Assembly (NCBI RefSeq): GCF_009914755.1 | Contig: NC_060934.1 | Reading direction: 5' to 3' (one strand) | Origin: the human T2T-CHM13v2.0 reference genome, Homo sapiens | Length of the DNA: 64,000 bases | Part shown: one piece after another, positions 26,640 to 41,119 of the stretch | How the letters are laid out: the number at the start of each line of letters is the position of its first letter | How positions within the stretch are numbered: the stretch's first letter is position 1 | Translations under genes and position numbers: made by a program | Notes under the pieces: model-generated | Told to the model about the DNA's origin: nothing | Database searches by the model: none | What the model saw: the letters and a program-made list of their open reading frames with translations, nothing else

Positions 26640-28230
26640 GATACCTTAAACTGGTCTCTCTTAATGAAAATAATTGAAGCATAATGAAGTATAAAATCTC
26701 TGTAAATGCGCCAATGAGATGACAATAAAGTAGGACATTCACAGAAGCCAAACAAAGTAAGAGTGAGAATGCTGGGAGGTAGAAAAGCACCAAGGCCACA
26801 ACCCTAGTAATACTGAATTTCCATTATAATGATTGTACAGAGCAAGAGAGAGAAAAGATAAAACCAGGACCACTCAAGCTGGTGAGTTTAACAGACCCCT
26901 GCGTAAAACTGGAACTTCACAAAACTATACCCTCAGTATATGGGCAAATTAGAAATAAACTTGCTACACCAAAAGAGGAACTGCTTTTTTAACCGTAGCA
27001 TCTTCAGGGGGTGGAAAATCTCCCTTGAGAATTCATAACCAACAACCAGTATTTATGTTGTTTTGTGGTCTAAATTTATGCTATATGCTTCAAAAAACCT
27101 GAGGCAGAGAATATAATGTAAAGAGTGTCCAGATTGATAGTGGCTACAGGCACCTGGGAGAAGCAAATATAAATACTCTCTGGAAAAATCTACCTTCAAT
27201 CTAGGCCTTGAACAGCTCACACAGATAAAACTTCCAAGGAAAATGAGTTCACAGTCAATAAATCACAGAAATACAGGGAAATAAGAGACCATCAGTGAGA
27301 GCCAACAGAAACAGGCAAATGAATCAGATCTGAAAATATTTCGAATACTAGAATTATCAGCATAAAATAAGTATATTTAATATATTTCAATAAGAGAAAT
27401 TTAAAAGGGAGTAAAATTTTATCTGAAAAAACTACCATGTTGACTTGAAAAGTGGCAAAAATGGTATTTAAAAATTAAAAGATAAAAAACTCATGTGAAT
27501 TCATTCAACATATATTTATTAAGCACCTATGTACTAAGTATTACACCTTGGTCTAGGCTCTGGGGATAAAACTGTAGGATAAAAAATAAAATAAAATAAA
27601 ATAAAATTTAAAAATATAAAAATCCCTGTCATCAAGGACGGCTTAAACAGCAGATTAGAAATAGCTGAAGAAAGAACTGGGGAACCAAGTGACAAATCCA
27701 AAGAAACTGTCCAGAATTTTAACATAAAGAAGATGATATCAAAAATATGAAAGAAGGATGTGGAAAATGAGTGAAAAAGTCCAACATGTGTTCTTCGATT
27801 TCCAGAAAGAAATGATAAAGAAAATGGGGAAGAGGCATTATTCTAAGAAATAACGATAAAATATTCCTAATAGCAATATTTAGGCCCAGAAAACCCAAAG
27901 ATTCTCAGGGAGAGACAGAGGGAGAAGGAAGGAAGGAAGGAAGGGAGGAAGGGAGGGAGGGAGGGGAGAGGAGGGAGGGAGGGAGGGAGGGAGGGAGGGA
28001 GGGGAGAGGAGGGAGGGAGGGAGGGGAGAGGAGGGAGGGAGGGAGGGAGGAAGGAAGGAAGGAAGGGAGAAAGGGAGAAAAAGAGGGAGGGAAAAGTTGG
28101 GAGAGAAGGAGTTTCCCCACTTAGATATAAACAAATCACAGACTCCTAAAAACAAAGCAAAATCTTTAAAGCAGCCAGAAAGAAAGAAGAGATGATCTAT
28201 TCATACTAGACTTTCAACATTAATTTACAT
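26640..28230 (+). mobile_element. Ancient L1M/HAL1-type 5'UTR-ORF1 relic with an L2 fragment (about 27500-27635, minus) and GA repeat inside
   Basis: GAAGCAAATATAAATACTCTCTGG; TTAAACAGCAGATTAGAAATAGCTGAAGAAAGAA; AAAATCTTTAAAGCAGCCAGAAAGAAA. Confidence 0.6.
27917..28096 (+). repeat. 180-nt uninterrupted purine tract of (GGAA)n/(GGGA)n units
   Basis: No pyrimidine on the + strand between 27917 and 28096. Confidence 0.95.
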
Positions 28231-28269
28231 AGGCAAAAAAAAAAAAAAAAAAAGAAAGAAAGAAAGAAA

Positions 28270-28640
28270 TGAGTTTTCCAGATAGCAGCTTGACCAAAAG
28301 CACAACAGAAAGGGGAATAGAGAGTCTGGGTAGAGCCTAAAGTTTGCACTGGGTAAAAGCAGGGATATGGTTAGAAATACACAATGGGGACAGATCATGG
28401 GGGGCCTCACATGTCGAGCTAAAGAGTCTGGCCTTTATCACTCTCAAGTGAGTGGAGAGTAAAGTAAAGGCTTTTAAGAAGGGAATAGAACTATGAATGT
28501 AGCATCAGAAAAACTAACTAATCAGCTAGACCAGATGCAGAGATATCAAGGGAAAAGCTATTAAAATAGACTAGCCTGTGGTAAAAAGGACCTCACTAGA
28601 GTGGTGATAGAGTAGTGAAAAGGGACAAAAAGAAACAGAG
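28270..28640 (-). mobile_element. L2 fragment
   Basis: GGGGACAGATCATGGGGGGCCTC...AAAGAGTCTGGCCTTTATC...GGCTTTTAAGAAGGG. Confidence 0.65.
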
Positions 28641-29099
28641 AAAAAGGACATTATATATATAAAGGGGAAAAAATGGGGGAAAAAAGAATCAGTGAGGCTT
28701 AGTGATCCATTCAACATGGGTCACAATGAGTCTAAGATGCTTAAGGTAATCAGTCCAACTTCTCTCTCTTCAACTTTTATGAGCAATATATCACAATTTT
28801 CCCCTGAATTAACTGGAAACTTCTTTTTATATGCTACAGTCCAGCAATTTATTATTATTTTACAATTCTACTTAAACTACCTAAGAAATGAAGCTGTCTT
28901 AGTTTTTACCACTGAAATGTGGCACTTGATAAAGCTTAATTGCTATAGAAAACACAATTTTGATGGAGGAAATCCTACCTTTTCTCTGAATTATTTAATG
29001 AGAGCTGGTGAATATAAAAATTCACCAACTTATATGCAGTACAAGAAGTAAACAGCCAACAAGAACATAGGTCATGCATTTTAGACTTGATCTAAAATA

Positions 29100-29340
29100 G
29101 TCTTTCCTACCCAAAAACACTCATGCTCTATTTTCTTTTTAGCATATTTGAAATATTGTTTACCTCCCTCTTTATTACTTGTCTCCCTGAAGACCCTGCC
29201 CAACCCCTTTTGGACTGTAAGTTCCATGAGAGAAATGATCTTGTTTGTTTGCCCTGCTCACTATTGTGTTCTAGTATCTAGGAAAGTGCCAGGCATGAGG
29301 TAGAGATATTCACTAGATAAATGACTAACAGAATGAATGG
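29100..29340 (+). mobile_element. L2 3' end
   Basis: GACTGTAAGTTCCATGAG...AGTGCCAGGCATGAGGTAG...GAATGAATG. Confidence 0.7.
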
Positions 29341-29347
29341 CTATACC

Positions 29348-29460
29348 CAGGGCTGCAGCACTGCACAATTCCAGGGGTGTCATTTACTCACATCTTGTTG
29401 AATGTCACCCCAACAGTTGTAGCCATATACACAGTTCATATACAAACAGCTCAGGCCCTA
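29348..29460. mobile_element. MER91-like hAT MITE
   Basis: CAGGGC...GCACTGCACAATTCCAGGGGTGTCATT...AATGTCACCCC...GGCCCT quasi-palindrome. Confidence 0.55.
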
Positions 29461-31556
29461 TTTGACACCAATATATCCTGTTATGTTTGCAAATTGGTCA
29501 TAATTTACCCCTTTCCTGATGGAGAAAGCAAGAATTTTCTCTCCAGTTTTCACCTCAAGACTAAGCTCATTCTCTGAATAACTAAATGTATATTAACATT
29601 AAGGTCTTCATACATTGATACCCCTGCACCAACTGTCTGGTAAATAAAGCTAAGATTTTTAACTGTGGTTAAGGATTCTGGGCACCAATTGTAAATTAGC
29701 CATTGCAAACTCTTTAGTTAGTTCCTCATTCTTTGCTGGTTAAAAATATCTTTGGAGAAAATTCTCTAGTCAGTCAACTGAGCTGTGGAACAAAAACCAC
29801 TAAAATCTTTTATTCGGAGTAGCTGGTTCTGTGATTCACCAATATAAATCTTCAATTTAAGAGAGCCCACCGAAAATGTTTTAAATGAGTCTAGAAATAG
29901 ATAATGAAGATTTCACAGACTGTCTGGCTGAATTTCATACACCACATCACTCTGATGGAAAGAGCATCTTCCTACTGGGTAATCCACATGAACGAGAATA
30001 TAGAAACCAGTCTCCTGTTGGCCTTTAACAGGTTATACCTTCCACCACTCACTGCTCTGATCACTAGAAGGTTACTTTCTACCACCAATGCTTGTAAGGC
30101 TATCACTCTTTCATCTCTCCTAACCCTAACATTTCTGAGGTGCCTCTATGGAAACCACTATCATAAAAGCAGGCTAATCTATGGGAAGTCCAACCAGAGG
30201 ACCTATGGTAAATATCAAACCCAAGAAGGACTGTGTCACTGCAGGAGAATTACAAGCATAATGGAAACTTGGAAGTAATACTGTCTGGGTGTCCATTTTC
30301 CATCTCTTTTACATCCACCCATAGGATCTACAATGCCCCAGTGATTTTCACAGTCTTTACTCCCTTAAGCAGTAGTCCTTTCTTTCAGCAAAAATTTGTG
30401 GAAATTCAATACATAAAACATATAAAGGCAGAGCTGCTGGTTGATGGGACAATAAGGAGGTCCTCCTTATTGTCAATAAGGACAATTATTGATAATAAGG
30501 AGGCTTTGTCCTCCCTCACCCCTTACCTACTCACATGACACTATGGAATCCCAAGGGAAATAAGGAACCATGTCTGAAAAGTAATGGTTTGGTGAGGATC
30601 ATAGTGATTTAACTTAATATAGTCTTTAAGAGAACAAGAAGTAATAATAAGTCATAGTCCTAGCTTCACAGGAGCCTTTTCTGAGTAGAGTGCTTCTGTT
30701 ACATGTTCACCCATTTCAGCTGTAATCAACTTCTCAGTTTGATAACTTTAATACCTAGGAGCACAGAACTCTTTGGTTTCAGGAAAAGTCACATTAATAC
30801 TACATTATGCATGTCTCTCCAACCTCATTCATGACACCTGGGGTTTCCTCAGGTAGTAGCTGCTGACCCAGGGTTTGGCCCATGTGAAATATTTAGGAGA
30901 AGAAAAAAGGTTTAGTTAAGTAGTAAAGCCAACTAGGAGAGCCAAATCACCTGCAAATCAGGATTTGAGAAGTTTCATCTAAGTATGAAAACACTGAAGT
31001 TACTTGTCACAGACAAGCCACCTCAAAGAAAGAAAAATGGGTTTTCAAAGTTTCCCAGTCAAAAGAGAATTTTCCCATGCTACAGTCATGCACAGCGCTT
31101 GTACTGGGAAACTTCAAGTCAGGTTCATTGCATGATGTGACAGGGGAAGTGACTGAAACTGGATTTTCTCATCATATCTGAAAGCATCATTAGGATATCA
31201 TTATGAAAACTAGTGGCAATTATGTTCTTGTTTTTTAGAGAGGTTTTAACTAAATTGAATGAGGATTAGGTTCACTAATAGAATGGATTCACTGACGCTA
31301 TTACCCAAAGGGAATACTTATAGCCACTAAAAGTATGTTGCAAAAGAACATTTAAGCACATAGGAAAAATGTTGCAATTATGCTAAGTAAAAATGGATAT
31401 AAAACACTAAGATTTTAAGTTTGCATTTTAAAAAAGGCATACATCTTCATAGGAATAAAAACTGGAAGCATCTTTACCAAAATATTATCAATGGCTATAT
31501 CTAAGTGGTAATCTTTATTTTGTTGTTTAAACTTTTCAATATTTACCAAATTTTCT

Positions 31557-31949
31557 TTTTTTCCTTTTTGTTCTTACTTAAGCAAATGTTTTTTACATTT
31601 TTCTTCTTTTCTACTTTTATCTTAGGTTCAGGAGATATATGTGCAGGTTTGTTACACGGGTAGGTTGTGTGTTGCTGAGGCTTGGTGTACGAAGGATCCC
31701 ATCACCAAGGTAGTAAGCACAGTACCCAACAGTTAGTCTTCCAATCCATGCCTCCCCCACCCTCTCTCTCAAGCATTCCCCACTGTCTATCGTTCCCATC
31801 TTTATGTAGTCAATGTTTAGCTACCACGTATAAGTGAGAACGTGTGCTTTTTGGTTTTCTGTTCCTGTATTAGTTCGCTTAAAATAATGGTCTCCAGGTG
31901 CATCCATGTTACTGCAAAGGACATGATTTCATTCTTTTTTATGGCTGTA
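31557..31949 (-). mobile_element. 5'-truncated L1PA16-like 3' end
   Basis: TGTGCAGGTTTGTTACACGGGTA...TGCAAAGGACATGATTTCATTC; TSD AATATT(T/C)A(C/T)CAAATTTTCT at 31538 and 31950. Confidence 0.85.
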
Positions 31950-32455
31950 AATATTCATCAAATTTTCTATGTAGAATCAGGAAAAGACACTTAAAAGCAG
32001 AAAGAAATTTTATTTACGGAAAAGAAATGGTGTACCTAAAATTCTGAGATTCATATATAAATGCCAGAGCTGTCCTTAACTGTGTGATTATATGGCCAAA
32101 TTCCAGTCCCAACTTGCTTTGGAAGAAACAGCTGCTCATGCAACTGCTAAGGTGAGTCGACCCTAATTGCTGCTAGCAGCATGGTAAGCACTGGGTGGGA
32201 AATGGCATGCAGCCCAAGCAGACACATCCAGTTCTCAAGAGGGGCTCAGTCCGTCATTCACCAGAATTGCCACTATCCTGATAAAACCTCGTTGATGAAC
32301 AACACCAAGCCCATCTAGAAGCTTTCGCTTCTGTGAGGATGAGGCTTATTTAGCTGTTTAGGACGGCCCTTGTTTGAATGCTAAACATAAGAAAATTCTT
32401 AGACATGTTTATGATCTAAATGTCATCACTGTGTATAATCAGCAAGGCAATGTAA

Positions 32456-32845
<390 letters not shown>

Positions 32846-33579
32846 GGCTCTATTCTGTAATCACATGAGCTTGGGTAAGTTTCACAATATTATAAACCTC
32901 AGTGTATTCATCTTTCAGTGAGGTTGACCACATCTATCTCTCAGGATTTTTACGGTGATTTAAAATATTTTTCAGTATGTACATCTACTAATTTAATGAG
33001 AACATTCTAGAAGCCTAAATATATAGAAATTTCAAATTATTTAGCCCCTTATTGAAAAAAATCAGATAACATATACTCTTAAACTTACTTAAACTTAAAA
33101 CCTATATCCTTCTATATAGTGCAACTTCCTGGCTATACACATTGAAAGTGGTCACTGAGCCAAAACTAAGTACTTGAATAGATGTTCTATATTTTAAAGA
33201 ATTCAGGTTCTAAAACAACTTTGTGAACTATGGAAGAATATTTCTGGCAAAATCTTATCATTCTTCTATGTCATCTTCAATAACTCTGTACTAGTAGGAC
33301 CATATTAGAAATATAAAAGTCCACTCCCGTCTCCCATGCTAGACTCATAATCAACTCAGAAAACAGAATCAGTGAAGACATCAGAGCCTATGTGAGAAAG
33401 AGGGCATATTTTAATAATGTCTCATACCAATAATATATTCTCAGTGATATTATAAAAATAATAAAAGTTGAAAATACTTATTTTTAATGGTTCAAATTAA
33501 GTGTTATAATTATAAACCAAATAAAATGCCACAAAATGGGGGGAAAGTAGCAAAAGCTGAAAAAAGTAGAGAAGACTAA

Positions 33580-34150
<571 letters not shown>

Positions 34151-34859
34151 GTAGATGGAAAAAAAAAAAGACTACAAAAATCCTAAAGGATCACGGTGAC
34201 ATATGACAATAACACAGGCTGTGCCTTACAAAGAGAGCCAGTGCATCCAAAGCCAGACATCCACCAAAGGTCACAGGATATGAAATAATGGGTGCCCCTG
34301 ATCTTGATGATACATTGTTGAGGAGATAAAAATTAAAGGCTAAAAAAACAAGAAAATGAGGTAAACATTTAATAGGGGTCAAAGAGACAAGCAGGTCAAA
34401 GTAAATGACTAAGAGGGAACTGGTCAATCTGATACAACCACATCCAATCAGAAATGGCCTTGATGATGTTCAGGGAAAAGTAAAGCCAGTAACAGCTGGT
34501 TTATGAGACACATTTGCTGAGCTTTGACATTGACTGCTCTACTCCCAGGAAAGAAGGCAATGAGGTCTTTAGCTAGAAATTTGCTATCACTTTCATGTGA
34601 CAAGAGTCTAATGTCCTTGAGGCATTGGGAAGGACACTCAAGGGTCTGAATCAGAGTTCATCAAAGAGTGACGAGTGATATCCCACCACACAGTCAAGGT
34701 TACAGAAAGACAGACACCAGGTATTTCAGGCCTGAGAGTTCTGTCCTATGAACAGTGGGATTCAAGACAAGAGCTCATTCCCAGAGAATGACTCCACTTG
34801 ACTGAGTAGAGCAGAGTGGGCCACATCAGGTTCAATCCAAGTTCTCCGTCAATACATAC

Positions 34860-35001
34860 CTGCAACAGCCACTGTTTTGCATTTATCAACAGGTTCCTTT
34901 AAAAGTATTCTCAGGTACGCTTGCTGAGGCAGGTTCTCGTCTTCTATTTCATGTTTCCCAACCAGACACTTTCGGGCATCCCAAAGAACTCAATGGTGTG
35001 C
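34860..35001 (-). other. SGMS1: Non-coding 5'UTR exon (exon 5, 142 nt)
   Basis: Minus strand: ctgaaactgcttctctgtcccag|GCACACC...GTTGCAG|gtatgt. Confidence 0.9.
34944..34979 (-). other. Upstream ORF MPESVWLGNMK* in exon 5
   Basis: GGG-ATG-C start, TAG stop, internal in-frame ATG. Confidence 0.45.
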
Positions 35002-35739
35002 CTGGGACAGAGAAGCAGTTTCAGTTTAAGCACTTCAAAACGGAATCACAAAATTCTAAAGCTGAGAGAGATTGTGTAAATTCAGTCCAGCTCACTATAA
35101 ATAAAAGGATTAAAGTACTTATAAACTTGGAAACAAAGAATTCACAATGAACCTTCCTTACCTCCTCCCATTTTTTCTTTCTTTTCTAGCTTTTTAATTG
35201 TTGTATTTTTTACAGTAGTATAATATATACATATAATATAAAGCTTACTCCATCTTTTCTAATTAAAAGTTAAGTCTTAGGCCTATAACTATAAAAGGTG
35301 TTTCTCCTTTTATATATTTATCTACTATTTTTAGTTGCCAACAAATAACTGATTATCATAAATTAAGTATAAGTTTGAAGTTTCAGCTTCAAACTGAAAA
35401 CAAAGGTAACTACTGAGTTATCATTTTTACAAGCTGATTTATAAAAGTGTCATGATCTCTCTGGGGCCAAAACATTACCCTCATAAGTAACAGCTTTTAT
35501 AGTTATATATGTGTAAATGGTACACATTTCCTGGTAGCATAATCAGGAAGCTAGAGATAATGTCTTGTATTAAAGAACAAAGAGGGCTGTTCATTTAGTG
35601 CCTCATTTGTAGTAATTTGTACTTATATGTGAAAGAATATAGAATCTAATGGTAGTCAGAAAGGTAGTATATTTTAGTTCGATCATATTTAATTTCATCA
35701 GTAACATTTTCTTTTTTTTCCTGTGATAATCTATAAGAA

Positions 35740-35890
35740 GTAGGCTCTCAACCCTTTTCAGGATCATATAAGCCCTGCAGTATTGAGTATCTGATGAAAA
35801 CTAAGCCTGTTCTATCCCTCCCCACTTAAATCTCAGGACAATCGTTAACTCCTTAAAGCTATCCCTGGACCCCAGGATAAAAATCATAGG
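35740..35890. mobile_element. Degenerate hAT-Charlie-type MITE
   Basis: CTCTCAACCCTTTT...TTGAGTATCTGATGAAAACTA...TGGACCCCAGGATAA; family uncertain. Confidence 0.4.
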
Positions 35891-36214
35891 TGCTCTCCAG
35901 CTGTCAAGCCGGAGAGCTGATACCTTGAGCCAACTAACAGGCTTAATTCTATAAAGAAACAATTCTTATAGAACAAAACAATCCACTACTCTCAATAGTC
36001 CCAAGGACTTACTTAGGACCAGGCATCCCTCCGTACCCTCCCAACTTTTAATCATACTTTATTCTATCTGTAAGAAATGGTGCTACATCTGTAAATAATC
36101 AAACATAGGTACAAAGAAAGCAGTTATCAACTGAAACAGCAATAAAATAAAACAAACAAAAACTAGGACTCTTTTGCCATTACATTAGCTTAAAAGTATT
36201 CAATTAAAGTTTCA

Positions 36215-36455
36215 GGCCGGGCATGGTGGCTCATGCCTATAATTGCAGCACTAGCCTAGGCAACAAAACGAGACCTCATATCTACAAAAAGAAAAAAAAA
36301 TAACAATGCACAGTGGTGTGTGCCTGTATTCTCAGCTACTTGGGAGGATGAGGCAGGAGAATCACTTGAGCCCAGGAGGTTGAGGCTGCAGTGAGCTGAT
36401 TGTGTCACTGCACTCCAGCCTGGGTGCCAGAGTGAGACCCTGTCTCAAAAAGAAA
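36215..36455 (+). mobile_element. AluJ with left-arm internal deletion removing the B box
   Basis: GCAGCACT joins directly to AGCCTAGGCAAC; J-type right arm. Confidence 0.88.
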
Positions 36456-37174
36456 ATTAATAAAGCTTTGAAGTAAAATATATTTATATAAAAGGGCACC
36501 ATCTCCTAATACCAACATATGGTTTATAAACCCAAAGATAAAGTCAAAAGCTTAAAAAAGATTATACCTCAGGAAAGAGAGTATCATCTTAAATTCAAAA
36601 CCTTACCAGGTCTCATATTACAGACAATAATCTCAGTCTATTTTGAATAATGAAATAATGTAACAAGTACACTTAATGCTAGCTTTCGATGCTTATGGGT
36701 CACTTGACAGAAACTGGCTAACAAGAAGGAAGCAAAGAAATAGAAACAATTATTTCTAGAGGTTGGATGTCACAATAGGAAATATGAGAAACCATTTTAT
36801 AAAGTCCTTTTAAATATTATTTTAAAGAGCAATACAGATTTGGGGGTTATAGATGGCCAATGGAATAGGCCTATTTATCTCTGCTTCCTTCTAAATGCCC
36901 ATCAAAATGTTAGTAAAAACGAAAAAAGATATAAATCCATAAGGACAAAAAGAATAGAAAACTATATTAGAGCAAACAATAGGCATCACTGATGTCTGGA
37001 AAGCGGAGATGACTGTGGAGTCGAGCAGAGCCGGTGGGAACCTCCCTGCCTGTGAAGCAAAAAGCCAGCTGACTGTGACAGAAATGCTTAGGAAATGATG
37101 GAGCTTCTGGTTCCTCAGAAGGGGAGTGGGGAAGACTGAAAAGATGGGGGTGGTGAAGTGTGTATTAAAAAAAA

Positions 37175-38384
37175 AGACCCTTACCCCACACCATAAATTA
37201 AAGTTAACTCAAGATGGACTAAACACCTAAAATTAAGACCTGAAACTATAAAATTCCTAGCAAAAAGAAAAAAAAATACATAGAGGAAATGCTTCATGAC
37301 ATTGGAGTTGGCAATGATTTTTTGGATATTACATCAAAAACACAGGTAAAAAGGAAACACAAAATAAGCAAATGGGACTACATCAAACTTAAAAACTAAA
37401 GGAAGTAATCAACCAAGTGAAAGGGCAACCCACAGAAAATATTTGTAAACCATATATCTGACAAAGTGTTAATATCCAGAATATATAAAGAATGCCCACA
37501 ATTCAACAACAAAAAGCTAAATAATAATTAAAAATTGGCAAAGGACTTGAATGGACATTTCTCCAAAGAAGATATACAAATGGTCAATAAGTACATGAAA
37601 AGATGCTTAACATCCCTAATCATCAGGAAAATGCAAATCAAAACCACAATGAGATATCATCTCACACCCATTAGAATGACCACTATCAAAAACAAAAATA
37701 GAAAATAGCAAGTGTTGGCAAAGATGTGGAGAAGTTGATCGGAATATTGGTACACTGTTGGTGGGAATGTCAAATCGTACATCCACTATGGAATAAAGTC
37801 TGGCAGTTCCTGAAAACATTAAGAATAGAACTACTATATGATCCAGTAAGCTCACTTCTGGTATGCATCTGAAAGAATTGAAAGCAGGGTCTTGAAAAGA
37901 TATTTGCAGACCCCTGTTCACTTAAGCACTACTCACAATAGTTAAGAGGTGGACGCAACCCACACATCCAATGGCAGATGAATAAAGAAAACATGGTATA
38001 TACATACAATGGAATATTATTCAACCTTAAAAAGAAGGAAATCTTCTTATATACTGCAACATGGATGAACCCTGAGGACATTATGCAAAGTAAAACAAGT
38101 CAGTCACAAAAAGACAAATATTACATGATTCCACTTATATGAGGTATTTAAAGTAGCCACATTTACAGAAACAGAAGGTGGTTCGTAAGGTGGTTCGTAG
38201 TTGCCAGAGGCTGGGCAGGCAGGATAAAGGAGTGTTGCTGTTCAATGGGTATAGAGTTTCAGTTTTGCAACATAAAATGTTCTAGAGAGCTTTTGCACAA
38301 CAATGTGTACATAGTTAACACTACTGTACACTTAAAATGGTTATATTTTATATTATGTGTTTTTTACCACAATAAAAACAAACA
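37175..38384 (+). mobile_element. L1MB-like 3' fragment
   Basis: AAATGCAAATCAAAACCACAATGAGATATCATCTCACACC; 3' end TGTGTTTTTTACCACAATAAAAA. Confidence 0.85.
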
Positions 38385-38995
<611 letters not shown>

Positions 38996-41076
38996 CAAAG
39001 AAGGGGAGGAGGGAGGGAAGAAGGGAGAGAGGGAGGGAGTTAGAACCCCAGATCCTCTCCCTCACCTGGTAGAGCCAAACAAACCATCCCTACTCCTATA
39101 AGAAGGGGCAGTTTGCCCTCTGGAGAAAATGATACAGCAACACTTCAAACCTAGACTCCAGATAAGGCTGAAACGAAAGCATTGGATCTAGGCATTCTCA
39201 GGCTTGGATGGTGAGATCTCTGGCTCCCTTCCTCCTCACTCCTCTGTGGTGCCCCTTAATCCTCATAGGTAGGCTTACACTCCACAAAAAAAGTAAACAA
39301 AGAATTCCATTTTGGAGAAACTGAAAGGTCCAAGGAAAAAAATCTGCAGATTTTGATACATGATAATCACCCACTGAAATGGCCAGTAAGGTCTCTGCCC
39401 AAAGACCTTAGAGTGAAGCCAACCACGTAACAAATTTGCGGTCCATTTTGTATTGTCTCACTCTTAAGTATGAACAGACAACTAAATCCCCAGCACTCAT
39501 TTGGGAAGAGCCTTTAACATTAAAATCAGGGATCAAAACAAGAAGATAAAGGGAACACACAGGAAAATGTGCAAAGAACAGCAAAAAACAGCAAAATAAT
39601 TCAATTCATATTCTCAAAAAAAAATGAGAAAATATTGCATCTATCAAACAAAAACAGGATCCTAATTTTAAAAACAAAATATCCATAGACCCTCAAAAAT
39701 TAAGTTCAAAATTACAAACCTGCTAGCAGAAATTAAAAATTCAATTGATACTAAGAAAACCTCTCAGAAAGTTGAAGAAAAACACAGAAAGATGGAAAAT
39801 AGCTAAGAGTAAGACTTAAGAAAATTAGAGATCAAACTAGTAGGTGAAAATACCCAACTAACAGACTAAGAAAAGAGAGAATGGGGGGGAAATTATCAAA
39901 GAAATAGTACAAGAAAATTTACAAATTGAGAGACATCAGTTTCCAAGCTGAGAGGACAAAAACAACAAAAAGTGTCCCAATATGAAACTGCAGAATTCTG
40001 GGCATAAAGAAAAGCATGAAACATTTTCCAGAGACAAAAAAAAAACAGTTCACAAACAACCAACTTGGAGGCAGAATGACTTGAGACATCTCAACTTATA
40101 TCACAGAGCTCAGCCACAAAAAAAATAATAAAGTAGACATTAATACTTATCTAAATATAGACTGTAACAATGACTGCATCAAGAAAATAAAGAGACAGGA
40201 AAAGTAGGTATGTAGTAAGGGTAAAGGGTGGTCTATGAGAGAGAACTCCCCGGCAGGAAATCAATGCATAAGTCTAAGATTTTAAAAGGAATCAGTAAAT
40301 GGCACTTAGAGCATATGATGTGTTGTTTAGAAATAGGTAGACAAATACTGGAAAATACAACTAAAAGGATTGAAAAGGGCTATCTTTAGGCAAAGGGGCA
40401 ATAAGAGTATAAAAAGAACAAAGAATGGCTATTAGAGTACTATTTGAATTCTTAAACAATATACATGCAATTACCTCTAAACAAATAAAATAAATAAATG
40501 AAAGGAAAGAAGGAAGGAAGGAAAGGAGGGAGGAAGGGAGAAAGACTTAAGAAAGCAGTTCTACAAATTGTTACACAGTAGAGATCTTCAATGTTCATCT
40601 ACACAGAAAGAATGAAAACAGCAACTGTCCTAACATTATGCAAATGATTACTTGTGGCTTGGGATAAAATTTCCAAATAGAGTGCCATACATAGACTCCA
40701 AAAGTGCTGTACTGCAAACACCTAAAATGATAACAGGCTGTGGAAAATAATATTGAATGCTTAAAAAATGTGACTCAAATAATGAAGACACTGATGTCAG
40801 ATATGTATGTAAAGAGTTGGAAGAAAATTATTCTGGGGTAGGAAAAAAGCATTAGTTATAATATCCCATTTTGTATAAATACATACTTGTTCAAAATATG
40901 TACATAACTAAATTAATTAAATGGTAATATGTATTTGACTATTTCATCTATATCCCCAAGATATTCCTTATATATTCCAATTGCCCACAAAAATTGTTTG
41001 TTTAGATCCTCTCATTGGGAGAACACAGAAAATACAAATTAAGCATAAAAGGTAAATAATTTAAAAATCAGTTTAC

Positions 41077-41119
41077 CTGAATCATGCTGTTATTTTTCTT
41101 CATCAGTCTTCTTTCCAAT
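41077..41119 (-). other. SGMS1: Non-coding 5'UTR exon (exon 4, 43 nt)
   Basis: Minus strand: ttacttattacttcttctag|ATTGGAAAGAAGACTGATGAAGAAAAATAACAGCATGATTCAG|gtaaac; purine-rich GAAGA-type enhancer content. Confidence 0.9.

Noticed and set aside
27867-28155. Pro/Ser/Leu-rich ORFs in three frames
   Set aside because: Artefact of the stop-free GA repeat.
28692-30538. ORFs of 101-124 aa in unique sequence
   Set aside because: No recognisable domains or exon boundaries, antisense to the host gene; compatible with chance.
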